The position numbers and the translations under genes are program-made. Under the pieces are notes generated by a model. That model had not been told where the DNA came from. It searched no databases and worked only from the letters and a program-made list of their open reading frames with translations. A stretch of 64,000 nt of DNA from Legionellales bacterium (GTDB lineage Bacteria; Pseudomonadota; Gammaproteobacteria; UBA1113), in contig PAPY01000026.1 of assembly GCA_002709565.1 (NCBI GenBank), positions 1,222 to 65,221 on the forward strand, given 5' to 3'. Below, in pieces: positions 47,092 to 55,096 of this stretch (within the stretch, counting starts at the first letter, position 1; each line of letters begins with the position of its first letter).

Positions 47092-48765
47092 ATGCCACAG
47101 CGTAAACGTAAACGTTCAGACAACCATCCAGGTCATAACAAGCGCAGGAAACTAAAGAAAAAATCTGATGCGGGATTTATTACAGAAGCTGGTGTGCTCT
47201 CCGAAGTAATTGCTGATCAAGAGAATTTCGACAAAAATGTCGGGCTATCCGAGCTGACACAGCTTGCAAAAGATGCCTCTGAAAAAGGTATGTCGCTCAC
47301 AGCAGATGCTTTTTTAACTTCGGCTTTGGCGTTAAGTCCCAACAATAAACAACTGTTGCTTGCCCGCGGGCAAGTACGCTATTCCAGAGATGAGTACCGT
47401 GCCTCTATTCGTGATTTCACTGCCGCCATTCGTGCTGGTCATTCTGACCCACTACTGTATCTCTATCGCGCACAATCTTATTTTTTTATTAGAAATTACG
47501 ACTATGCGTCTGCTGATTTGCGAGAGGCATCTCGACATGGGGTTATCCATCCTATGTTATCGATGTTACATGGACGGCTAGCGATAGAGTGGAAACAATT
47601 CCCGCAAGCTATTGAGTATTTTAATCAGGTAATTAATTCCACTGAGAACAATGCAGAAGTAGTACTAGAAGCACACTATTTTCGCGGTATTGCATCGGCA
47701 GAATTGGGTGAGTTTGAAGATGCTATTGAGGATTTCAAGATTGCGATTGAGTATAATTATAGGTTGGGTGAAGCTTATCTACAGTGTGGCATGATTTACT
47801 ACCAACAACAGATGTTTAATCGAGCTGAAATGCATTTATCTCGTGCGATTCAAAGGAATTCCCAGGGAAAAGTAGCGTATTATTATCGTGCCTTAGCGAA
47901 GCTGGAAGGAGCGAAAGATCATTTAGCAATCAGAGATTATAGCGATTTCAATAGAGCAATTGAGCTAGATTCCAATTACACAGAAGCTTATATTGGTCGT
48001 GCAAGGGCTAAACATCGGAATGGTCAATACCGTGAAGCGATTGAAGACTATAACAAAGCAATTGAATTAGATAGTAATAATCTTGATTTGTATCGACAAC
48101 GGGGAATTTGCTATTACAGTCTAGAAGACTACTCTGCAGCGATACCGGATCTTTCACGATTAATTTATAGTAATGCTGATGATCGGGCTCTTCTACTGGA
48201 TTTTCGTGGAAAAGCATACAAAGCTTTAGGCATGTATGATAACGCTAAAGACGATTTCACTGCTGCAATTGAATTACAAGGCGACGACTACAGTTGTTAT
48301 GCCGAAAGGGCAGATGTCTATCTAGAATTGGGGGAATATAAACTAGCTATTAGGGATTATAATGAGACCTTGTCTGGGAATGATTCAATTGATCATAAAA
48401 GTTATGCGGGGCGTGGAGAGGCATATTTTAAATTACGTCATTATGATTCGGCTTTAGTGGATTGTCTTAAGGCCCATGAGCTAGAACCAGAAAATAGTGC
48501 TTATATCAAACGAATCTGTGATATTTATCGGATCAAGTCTGATGTGGAAAATGCTTGTAAATTTGGTTTGTTGTATTATCAAGCAGCCAAAGGCGAGCAA
48601 GTATTGCCATTAAAAGAAATCACGAGAGCTGTATGGATCAGTGACCAGGCGGCGCCGATGTCAGTATCCGCAACGGTGAACGAAGAGCGTATAGCAGAGA
48701 TTGAAGCGGACAATGGAAAAAATGGCCCCCCGTTGCAGCAACTCTTTGGTCTTCGAGTAAGATAA
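47092..48765 (+). CDS. TPR-repeat protein with basic NLS-like N-terminus
   Basis: At least 8 degenerate 34-aa TPR units (for example AYIGRARAKHRNGQYREAIEDYNKAIELDSNN). The N-terminus is MPQRKRKRSDNHPGHNKRRKLKKK. Confidence 0.8.
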   Translation: MPQRKRKRSDNHPGHNKRRKLKKKSDAGFITEAGVLSEVIADQENFDKNVGLSELTQLAKDASEKGMSLTADAFLTSALALSPNNKQLLLARGQVRYSRDEYRASIRDFTAAIRAGHSDPLLYLYRAQSYFFIRNYDYASADLREASRHGVIHPMLSMLHGRLAIEWKQFPQAIEYFNQVINSTENNAEVVLEAHYFRGIASAELGEFEDAIEDFKIAIEYNYRLGEAYLQCGMIYYQQQMFNRAEMHLSRAIQRNSQGKVAYYYRALAKLEGAKDHLAIRDYSDFNRAIELDSNYTEAYIGRARAKHRNGQYREAIEDYNKAIELDSNNLDLYRQRGICYYSLEDYSAAIPDLSRLIYSNADDRALLLDFRGKAYKALGMYDNAKDDFTAAIELQGDDYSCYAERADVYLELGEYKLAIRDYNETLSGNDSIDHKSYAGRGEAYFKLRHYDSALVDCLKAHELEPENSAYIKRICDIYRIKSDVENACKFGLLYYQAAKGEQVLPLKEITRAVWISDQAAPMSVSATVNEERIAEIEADNGKNGPPLQQLFGLRVR

Positions 48766-48957
48766 CAACGAGTATAGCTCAAGTAAAGTGACCCCCATCG
48801 TCCAGACCAGTTTTGTCCTAACTTGGTCCTAGGACTTGAACTAAACTCTTATTCAATGAATAGTTTGATACTGATAACTCAGAAAAAACCACCCTTAGCA
48901 GCGCGAGGTATATGGGGTATATCAATCACTGCTAAGGATGAAGGCTGGAGCCAAGTG

Positions 48958-49581
48958 CTAGGCAATCAAACGCACTAAGCCAATAAACTTACCTTGAACT
49001 TTGACCCGTTCCGCGGGATATGTCATCGGTAAGAAATCTTTATTCGCAGGAATTAAATCAATGGTCTGATCTTTGTTACGCTTGAAGCGTTTCAGGGTCG
49101 CATATTCGTTATCCACCAAAGCCACGATAATCTCGCCATTGCGCGCAGTCTCGGCATGTTCGCACACCACAATATCACCATCATGAATGCCTTCTTCAAC
49201 CATGGATTCGCCGCATACTTTTAGTGCGTAACGATTAGGGCCGACAAGATTGCCGATGTTGACTTCTTGCTGGTCGGGGATAGCCTCGATGGGCTGGCCG
49301 GCTGCAATCTGTCCCAGTAGCGGGAGCTTGCATTGATTGGCAGCCAACCAGTTCGGATCCACATCGGTGGGATAAACGTTGGTTAATTGTAATCCGCGGT
49401 TGGTGTGGGGGACAGCTTCGATCAAGCCTTCATCCACCAGGGCTTTAACATAACGGTGGGCAACACCCTTGGACTTGATATTGATACCGGCAGCGATCTC
49501 TTCCATCGAAGGCGCATGGCCGTGTTTGAGGATATATTCGCGGATAAATTCAAAAGTCTGTTGTTCTTTGACGGTGAGCAT
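48958..49581 (-). CDS. lexA: transcriptional repressor LexA
   Basis: MLTVKEQQTFEFIREYILKHGHAPSMEEIA winged-helix domain. AAGQP cleavage-site region. S24 peptidase Ser/Lys motifs (VCGESM...ATLKRF). ATG at 49581 is preceded by AAGGAGA. Confidence 0.93.
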   Translation of the reverse strand: MLTVKEQQTFEFIREYILKHGHAPSMEEIAAGINIKSKGVAHRYVKALVDEGLIEAVPHTNRGLQLTNVYPTDVDPNWLAANQCKLPLLGQIAAGQPIEAIPDQQEVNIGNLVGPNRYALKVCGESMVEEGIHDGDIVVCEHAETARNGEIIVALVDNEYATLKRFKRNKDQTIDLIPANKDFLPMTYPAERVKVQGKFIGLVRLIA

Positions 49582-49594
49582 CGTTGTTCTCCTT

Positions 49595-49620
49595 ATGTTC
49601 TCGTCAACTATAGAGAACAT
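49595..49620. promoter_or_regulatory. perfect 8-bp inverted repeat directly upstream of the lexA RBS (candidate operator)
   Basis: atgttctc-gtcaactata-gagaacat. No CTGT-N8-ACAG box is visible in the 65 bp between lexA and the MITE. Confidence 0.4.
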
Positions 49621-49645
49621 TATGAGAATTTGCAACCCCTAATAT

Positions 49646-49788
49646 CCGACATTCCGCACCAGTCTCTTTTTGCGCATAAAAGGGTAAAAACTTAACTCAA
49701 AATGCTCAGGTATTGCGTATACATTCCGCTTTTTCGTTAATTTTTTACCCTTTTCTGCATCAAAAATAGCTCTGGTGCGAAAAGCCGG
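49646..49788 (+). mobile_element. MITE-like element, full-length copy 2 (143 bp)
   Basis: Nearly identical to 28445-28587 over its whole length, with a handful of substitutions. Same orientation. The flanks share ctaat, offset by 2 nt. Confidence 0.8.
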
Positions 49789-49898
49789 CTAATGAAAAAA
49801 ATAGTTTTAGCGCCAGCGGTTCCCGTTTCTAGCGGGAATTACTGGCTCTGCTAGAGTTATAGGTAGAACGATTAAATGTAATGAAGGAAGGCAATCAC

Positions 49899-50156
49899 AT
49901 GGATATTTTCATTAATGCCCTGAGAGTCACGGTTTTGGGCGCGTGTTCACTGGTAATATTGGGCGGTTGTACCCCAGAAATTAACCGTTCTGATCCCTAT
50001 TTAACCGTCCGTCCACCCCAGCCAGTGCAAGATAACCCGGGTGTTATCTATCAAACCAGTCCCCCCCATTTTCAGGGCTATACGGCCAGTACGCCGCCAC
50101 CATCCAATGTGACCCATCCGCCTTCCCCTAGTGGAGGCCCTAATTATGCTCATTAA
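49899..50156 (+). CDS. Pro-rich lipoprotein
   Basis: Start at the ATG preceded by AAGGAAGG. Lipobox VILGGC. The mature part is rich in Pro (PPQPVQ, PPPSNVTHPPSPSGGP). Confidence 0.6.
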   Translation: MDIFINALRVTVLGACSLVILGGCTPEINRSDPYLTVRPPQPVQDNPGVIYQTSPPHFQGYTASTPPPSNVTHPPSPSGGPNYAH

Positions 50157-50192
50157 ACCTTTCGCGATTGTGATTTCCAAAGGGGAAGAATC

Positions 50193-50624
50193 GTGATTTT
50201 CCCCCGTAAGCGCAGTTTTTGCATACTGATTAGTGCATTGTTGCTGGGTAGTCTTCTCGTTGGCTGCTCTGCAACCACAAAAGATTATCGCACGACGGGC
50301 TCTTCGGTGGCTGTTACCACTGGCACATCAGGTTATGGCACGTACATTGGTACCAGTAGTTATTATTATTCGCCTTACTATCGGCCCTATTATCGCTATC
50401 GTTATGGATCCTATTATTACCAAAGTTACCGGCCTTATTACCGCCCAGGCATTTACAAATACCGCGGCTATCGGCCTTATTACAGCCCCGGAAACTATCG
50501 ACCCTATTACCGTCCAGGGACTTATGAGTTGAAATATCAACCCGGCTATCACCGCACATACCGGGATACGCGGCCGTGGTACAACCCTGGTTATCAAGGC
50601 CCCAATTACCGGCGGCATCGGTAG
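50193..50624 (+). CDS. Tyr/Arg/Pro-rich repeat lipoprotein
   Basis: GTG start with AGGGGAAG RBS. Lipobox LLVGCS. I count 33 Tyr in the 118 residues after the lipobox Cys, and four YRPYY units. Confidence 0.65.
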   Translation: MIFPRKRSFCILISALLLGSLLVGCSATTKDYRTTGSSVAVTTGTSGYGTYIGTSSYYYSPYYRPYYRYRYGSYYYQSYRPYYRPGIYKYRGYRPYYSPGNYRPYYRPGTYELKYQPGYHRTYRDTRPWYNPGYQGPNYRRHR

Positions 50625-50825
50625 TGGCTGAAAAAAAATCTATACCAATCCATCATTTCCTCTCACGATGGGGAATTCTCAAAGGGGAGAAGCGTGGTTC
50701 TCCCCTTTGAGCGCAAGCGCGAATTCATTTCGCGCGTAGCGTAATACTTGGTCCGGCGGCATCGGTAATATCACAAGGCAGAGTGTTATATCTATCTGAT
50801 AATTCCTTCATATGACTAGACAAAT

Positions 50826-50871
50826 CAGACAAATTGTTTACACTTATAGGTAAATGTAAACAATTTGTCTG
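50826..50871. promoter_or_regulatory. 17-bp perfect inverted repeat upstream of abiEi (candidate autoregulatory operator)
   Basis: cagacaaattgtttaca-N12-tgtaaacaatttgtctg ends 3 nt before the abiEi ATG. An extra agacaaat half-copy lies just upstream. Confidence 0.6.
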
Positions 50872-50873
50872 AT

Positions 50874-51473
50874 ATGAAGTCTGAGAATCACATCATAAAA
50901 ATCTTTCGCGACAATGGTGGCCAGCTCCGTATGAGCGACGCTATTCGCCTCGGTATTAGTCGTTACCGACTCTATTCCCTTGTGCAAAAAAATATCATTG
51001 AGAAACTTAGCCGAGGTATCTATCGCCTTGTTGAACTGCCTCCCCTTAGTCAACACGATATGGTAACTGTCAGTTTGCGGTTTCCTAGCGCTGTTGTCTG
51101 TTTGACCTCAGCACTCTCATTTCATGAACTGACAACCCAAATTCCAAGACAAATTTCAATAGCGATTCCTCGGGGGACGAGGCCACCTGTTTTGGATTTT
51201 CCGCCCATCGAGGTGCATAGTTACTCAGCAGGAGCATATCAGTCAGGTATTGAAGAACATATGCTTGATAACGTGGCAGTCAAAGTGTATTCAGCGGAAA
51301 AAACCTTGGTTGATTGTATTAAGTTTCGCAATAAGTTGGGTATGGATATTGTGCTTGAAGCAATAAAGATTTATGGTCAGCATAAGAAAGTTAACTACGA
51401 TAAGCTGATCGAGTATGCAGAGGTTTGTCGAGTCAAGAAAATTATACAGCCTTACTTAGAAACACTACGATGA
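50874..51473 (+). CDS. abiEi: type IV toxin-antitoxin system AbiEi family antitoxin
   Basis: IIKIFRDNGGQLRMSDAIRLGISRYRLYSLVQKNIIEKLSRGIYRL is the AbiEi N-terminal wHTH signature. The stop overlaps the downstream start (ATGA). Confidence 0.88.
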   Translation: MKSENHIIKIFRDNGGQLRMSDAIRLGISRYRLYSLVQKNIIEKLSRGIYRLVELPPLSQHDMVTVSLRFPSAVVCLTSALSFHELTTQIPRQISIAIPRGTRPPVLDFPPIEVHSYSAGAYQSGIEEHMLDNVAVKVYSAEKTLVDCIKFRNKLGMDIVLEAIKIYGQHKKVNYDKLIEYAEVCRVKKIIQPYLETLR

Positions 51474-52333
51474 AGAAAAATATCAGCGCATCAGTCCGCC
51501 AGCGATTATTGAATTATGCAAAAACTAATCATAAGCCTTTTGCCGAAGTATTGCAGATGTATGGTATGGAGCGTTTTTTGTATCGGTTAGCCGAATCAGT
51601 TCATGCCAAGTCATATATTCTAAAGGGAGCAATGATGCTTCGAGCGTGGGACCTACCCGACTCAAGACCAACGATGGATATCGACATGTTGGGTGTTACC
51701 AATAATGAGATTGAGAATATTATTTCTCAGATCAAGGTGATGTTGTTGACAAATGTTGTAGATGATGGAATTAGGTTTGATTTAAATAGCATTGTGGCAG
51801 AGAGGATAAAAGAAGATGCTGACTATGAAGGTGTCAGAGTAAAATTCAAGGGAGAAATTACCAATGCCAGAGTTCATATGCAGCTAGATATTGGTTTTGG
51901 TGATATTGTGTATCCACAACCAGAGTTTGCTGTATTACCAACCATATTAGATTTTCCTCATCCTAAATTACTGATGTATAGCCGAGAAACAACGATCGCA
52001 GAGAAATTAGAAGCAATGGTAAAACTTGGTTCGATCAATAGTCGCATGAAAGATTTTTATGATATTTGGTTTTTGTCGAGGCAGGTTGACTTTTCAAATG
52101 ATGAGCTAGCTGAAGCAATACGACTTACTTTTAAAATGCGTGATACTGAATTACCACTAGATATGGCGTTTATATCAAAAGATTTTGTCGAGCTGAAGCA
52201 GCCACAGTGGAGTATATTCCATCACCGATTAGGCCAAGCATTTGTTCCAGCAAAATTTGAAACTATTACCGAAGAAATTAAACGTTTTCTCCTGGAGCCA
52301 GTGATTCTGGCAGGTAAAGAGAGTAGCGGGTGA
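51470..52333 (+). CDS. abiEii: AbiEii/AbiGii family nucleotidyltransferase toxin
   Basis: SVRQRLLNYAK...FAEVLQMYGMERFLYRL, ILKGAMML, TMDIDMLG and DIGFGD (NTase Asp residues), and TIAEKLEAM...SRMKDFYD. Confidence 0.9.
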   Translation: MKKNISASVRQRLLNYAKTNHKPFAEVLQMYGMERFLYRLAESVHAKSYILKGAMMLRAWDLPDSRPTMDIDMLGVTNNEIENIISQIKVMLLTNVVDDGIRFDLNSIVAERIKEDADYEGVRVKFKGEITNARVHMQLDIGFGDIVYPQPEFAVLPTILDFPHPKLLMYSRETTIAEKLEAMVKLGSINSRMKDFYDIWFLSRQVDFSNDELAEAIRLTFKMRDTELPLDMAFISKDFVELKQPQWSIFHHRLGQAFVPAKFETITEEIKRFLLEPVILAGKESSG

Positions 52334-52825
52334 TAAGTGCTTTGTTTGCTTCAAGATGGCTTAGAAACTCAAAGAAGCCAGATCTAGATGTGGTTATCCG
52401 GAAATTCCGGACAACTACATGCTGGAGCGTCATAGTGGATTCTCTGTCAAAAAAGACTTTATTCGTCTTTGATGGGGGTGTCAGATATCGAGATTTAAGC
52501 GTCTGAAAAGCAAGGTAGGGCCTGACCAATATTGGGATTGCCTCAGTACTCTTAGCCCCAATCCCCCAATTCCAGGGCTTTTTTAAGATGGCCCGTAAGA
52601 CATCTGCCCAAGGTGGCTTGGGTTATCTGGCGGGGCGGGTGAACGATGGCTGCCCTGGCTGTAAGTAATATCACCAGTGCGAAGTAAGGAATCATTACAG
52701 AACGAAGGGATGTTGTCGTCTATGCCGGTCTTGGCCATAGTGGTTTAATAGAAACCGTAAAGTTCATTCACATGACTTTACGTTAGTCATTCCTTCATTT
52801 TTGTGACTAATCCTGTAGTGTTCTT

Positions 52826-52856
52826 ACCGCCAACAATTTGTTGGCGGTTTTTTTTT
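52826..52856 (+). terminator. Rho-independent terminator (plus-strand polarity)
   Basis: ccgccaacaa-t-ttgttggcgg followed by nine T. It lies at the end of a 530-bp stretch with no convincing ORF, 8 nt from the pyrE stop. Confidence 0.75.
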
Positions 52857-52863
52857 GTGTCGA

Positions 52864-53514
52864 CTAAACTCCCGATTGTACCCCATATTCCTCCCGATAG
52901 GCAGCAATACTGGCGAGAATATCTTGATGGCCCTCACTATCACTGAGATACGTAATAATATCGTCCAAGCTAATGATGCTGACCACTGGGACATTATATT
53001 CTTGACGGATAGCGTCAATGGCAGAAATGCCACCGGGGCCTTTTTCTTGCCGGTCCAGGGTGACCACTACACCAGCCAATTGTGCATTACCTTGAATAAT
53101 AGCCATAGACTCCCGTATGGCGGTGCCAGCCGTGATAACGTCATCGATGATTAAGACTTTGCCCGCCAGGGGGGTGCCGATGATATTGCCGCCTTCACCG
53201 TGGTCTTTGGCTTCTTTGCGGTTAAAGCAATAGCCCACTTCCCGATCGTGGGATAGGCCAAGGGCGATGGCTGTACTGGCCACTAGGGGGATCCCTTTGT
53301 AGGCGGGACCATAGAGCATATCGTAGTCTAATTGGGCGGCGTTAATGGCAGAGGCGTAAAATTCGCCCAACAATGCCAATGCTGTGCCGGTATTGAATAA
53401 TCCTGCATTAAAAAAATACGGACTCTGCCGACCAGACTTTAAGGTGAATTCACCAAACAATAAAACCTGCTGTTGCAGACAAAATGTTATAAAATCCCGC
53501 TGGTAATTTTTCAT
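52864..53514 (-). CDS. pyrE: orotate phosphoribosyltransferase
   Basis: [17 protein letters not shown] and the PRPP loop [14 protein letters not shown]; 216 aa. Confidence 0.96.
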   Translation of the reverse strand: MKNYQRDFITFCLQQQVLLFGEFTLKSGRQSPYFFNAGLFNTGTALALLGEFYASAINAAQLDYDMLYGPAYKGIPLVASTAIALGLSHDREVGYCFNRKEAKDHGEGGNIIGTPLAGKVLIIDDVITAGTAIRESMAIIQGNAQLAGVVVTLDRQEKGPGGISAIDAIRQEYNVPVVSIISLDDIITYLSDSEGHQDILASIAAYREEYGVQSGV

Positions 53515-53550
53515 GATTGTGCCTTATCAATGTAAATGGGAGTCCATTGT

Positions 53551-54327
53551 ATGCGAATTATTAGTGTAAATCTAAACGGCATCCGTGCGGCTGCCCGCAA
53601 AGGTTTTTTTGACTGGCTTAAAACAACCCAGGCCGATGTGGTGTGTATTCAAGAAACCAAAGCCCAAGAGCATCAACTTGCTGATCCCATGTATTGTCCT
53701 GCTGGGTATCATTGTTATTACTTTGACGCTGAGAAAAAAGGCTACAGCGGTGTTGCCCTGTATGCGAAACAAGAACCCAAATCCGTCACCACCGGTCTTG
53801 GTTGGGAGATTGCTGATAGCGAAGGCCGTTACATTGAAGCGGACTTTGGCAAACTGTGTGTGGCGTCGTTGTATTTACCATCGGGTTCCAGCAGTGATGA
53901 ACGTCAAGCGCGCAAATATGAATTCATGGATTATTATTACGATTATTTAGCAGAAATCCGCCGCAAAAAATCCAAACACTATATTATTTGTGGTGATTGG
54001 AATATTGCCCACAAAGAAATTGATCTCAAAAACTGGCGTGCAAACCAGAAAAACTCAGGCTTCTTACCAGATGAGCGCGAATGGCTCGATAAAGTGTTTG
54101 ATTTAGGCTTTGTCGATGCTTTTCGCGAAGTTAATCAAGCACCTGACCAATACACCTGGTGGTCGAACCGCGGGCAAGCTTGGGCAAAGAACGTTGGTTG
54201 GCGGATTGACTATCAAATTGTTTCACCGCAATTAAAACCAAAAATTCAAACAGTTAGCATTTACAAGGACGAACGTTTCTCTGATCATGCGCCTCTGCTT
54301 ATAGAATATGAGGGCGATCTCTCATAG
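53551..54327 (+). CDS. xthA: exodeoxyribonuclease III
   Basis: MRIISVNLNGIRAA, VCIQETK, GDWNIAH, WWSNRG and SDHAPL motifs of the EEP nuclease family. The start was moved to the conserved MRII. Confidence 0.95.
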   Translation: MRIISVNLNGIRAAARKGFFDWLKTTQADVVCIQETKAQEHQLADPMYCPAGYHCYYFDAEKKGYSGVALYAKQEPKSVTTGLGWEIADSEGRYIEADFGKLCVASLYLPSGSSSDERQARKYEFMDYYYDYLAEIRRKKSKHYIICGDWNIAHKEIDLKNWRANQKNSGFLPDEREWLDKVFDLGFVDAFREVNQAPDQYTWWSNRGQAWAKNVGWRIDYQIVSPQLKPKIQTVSIYKDERFSDHAPLLIEYEGDLS

Positions 54328-54358
54328 ATCTTTGTTACTGACCCCGTATAATGGCCCT

Positions 54359-54556
54359 GTTTTCGGGTGAGGAGGATCCTCACCTAACTGAGAGGAAAAT
54401 TTGTCGTCACCGAGTGACTGTATGGATAGGTCTGCTTGTATTGCATGGACTAGGGATATGTTTATGCATGCGTAAGTCGGTCGACAAATCTCCCTGCATG
54501 GAGTAGGGGAGACACGCTACCTGTATAACTGGTGCGGCGGGCAAACCCGCTTTCGC
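54359..54556 (+). ncRNA. candidate GGA-rich structured RNA (Csr/Rsm-type sponge, or long CsrA-targeted leader of the next gene)
   Basis: TATAAT at 54347-54352. There are 8 GGA triplets in 54371-54510, three of them in hairpin loops (ggtgagg-AGGAT-cctcacc; tctccc-gcatGGAgt-gggaga; tgcat-GGActagGGA..-atgca). A weak terminator-like gcggg-caaa-cccgc-ttt lies at 54537-54553. Confidence 0.25.
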
Positions 54557-54589
54557 TAAAGCTACAGCGTGGCAAGCAGGAGATTAACT

Positions 54590-55096
54590 ATGCAAGGAAT
54601 AACGCAGATCAGAGCAGTTGCCTCTGATATTAAGGAATTGACGACAGTTCTTATCTATGGTGAAAAACGTCTCGAAAAATTCTCCAAAGAATTAAAAAAA
54701 CTCGAGAAACAACTTTCCCAAGCCAACACTCATGACAAAATCAACGCGCTCAAACGTTTATGTTTGTTTGCCGATGCGTCTTTGTCAACAACCTGGGATG
54801 CGTTGGTGGAATGGAAAGATAAGTCAGAACAAAGCCTACAGGAACTCCATGCATTCGCTAAAGATGCATTGCAAGTAGAGGCGTCTAGTGGTTATGACTT
54901 AATGACATTGACCTTAGAAATCACGAGTTTATTGCAAATGATTTCAACCCAGCAAAAAGCCATGTGTAGCCAACGAGCTCGTTTGCAACAATTGTTGCAA
55001 GGGATCAAAAAACGGGAACGTGTATTACAAAAGCATATTACTCGCGCGCGTGCACCGTTGATTATTGGTGAGAATTTGGCATTAGAGCAACTATAA
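54590..55096 (+). CDS. hypothetical coiled-coil protein
   Basis: The ATG is preceded by AGGAG with a 7-nt spacer. 168 aa, heptad-rich (KELKKLEKQL, RLQQLLQGIKKRERVL). No known motif. Confidence 0.55.
   Translation: MQGITQIRAVASDIKELTTVLIYGEKRLEKFSKELKKLEKQLSQANTHDKINALKRLCLFADASLSTTWDALVEWKDKSEQSLQELHAFAKDALQVEASSGYDLMTLTLEITSLLQMISTQQKAMCSQRARLQQLLQGIKKRERVLQKHITRARAPLIIGENLALEQL

Noticed and set aside
50233-50618. Alternative-frame and antisense ORFs (50233-50532 plus, 50314-50559 minus, 50328-50618 minus) inside the Tyr-rich gene
   Set aside because: These are artefacts of the tandem TAT/TAC-CGN-CCN repeat. Only the frame starting at 50193 has an RBS, a lipobox signal peptide and a sensible reading.
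52278-52529. Minus-strand 83-aa ORF downstream of abiEii
   Set aside because: It overlaps the abiEii 3' end and has no RBS, no motif and an odd composition. It is probably not coding.
52334-52863. Checked by eye for tmRNA, RNase P RNA, 6S and 4.5S RNA hallmarks
   Set aside because: The conserved strings I remember (GGAAAGTCCGGGC of RNase P, the tmRNA tRNA-like ends, GGTCAGGTCCGGAAGGAAGCAGCC of SRP RNA) are absent. A covariance-model scan is still needed.
54324-54340. AGATCT-N5-AGATCT near the xthA stop, considered as a GacA/LetA-type box for the GGA-rich RNA
   Set aside because: It does not resemble the TGTAAG-N6-CTTACA or Legionella LetA consensus as I remember them, and it lies inside the xthA coding end. 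It is not usable as evidence.
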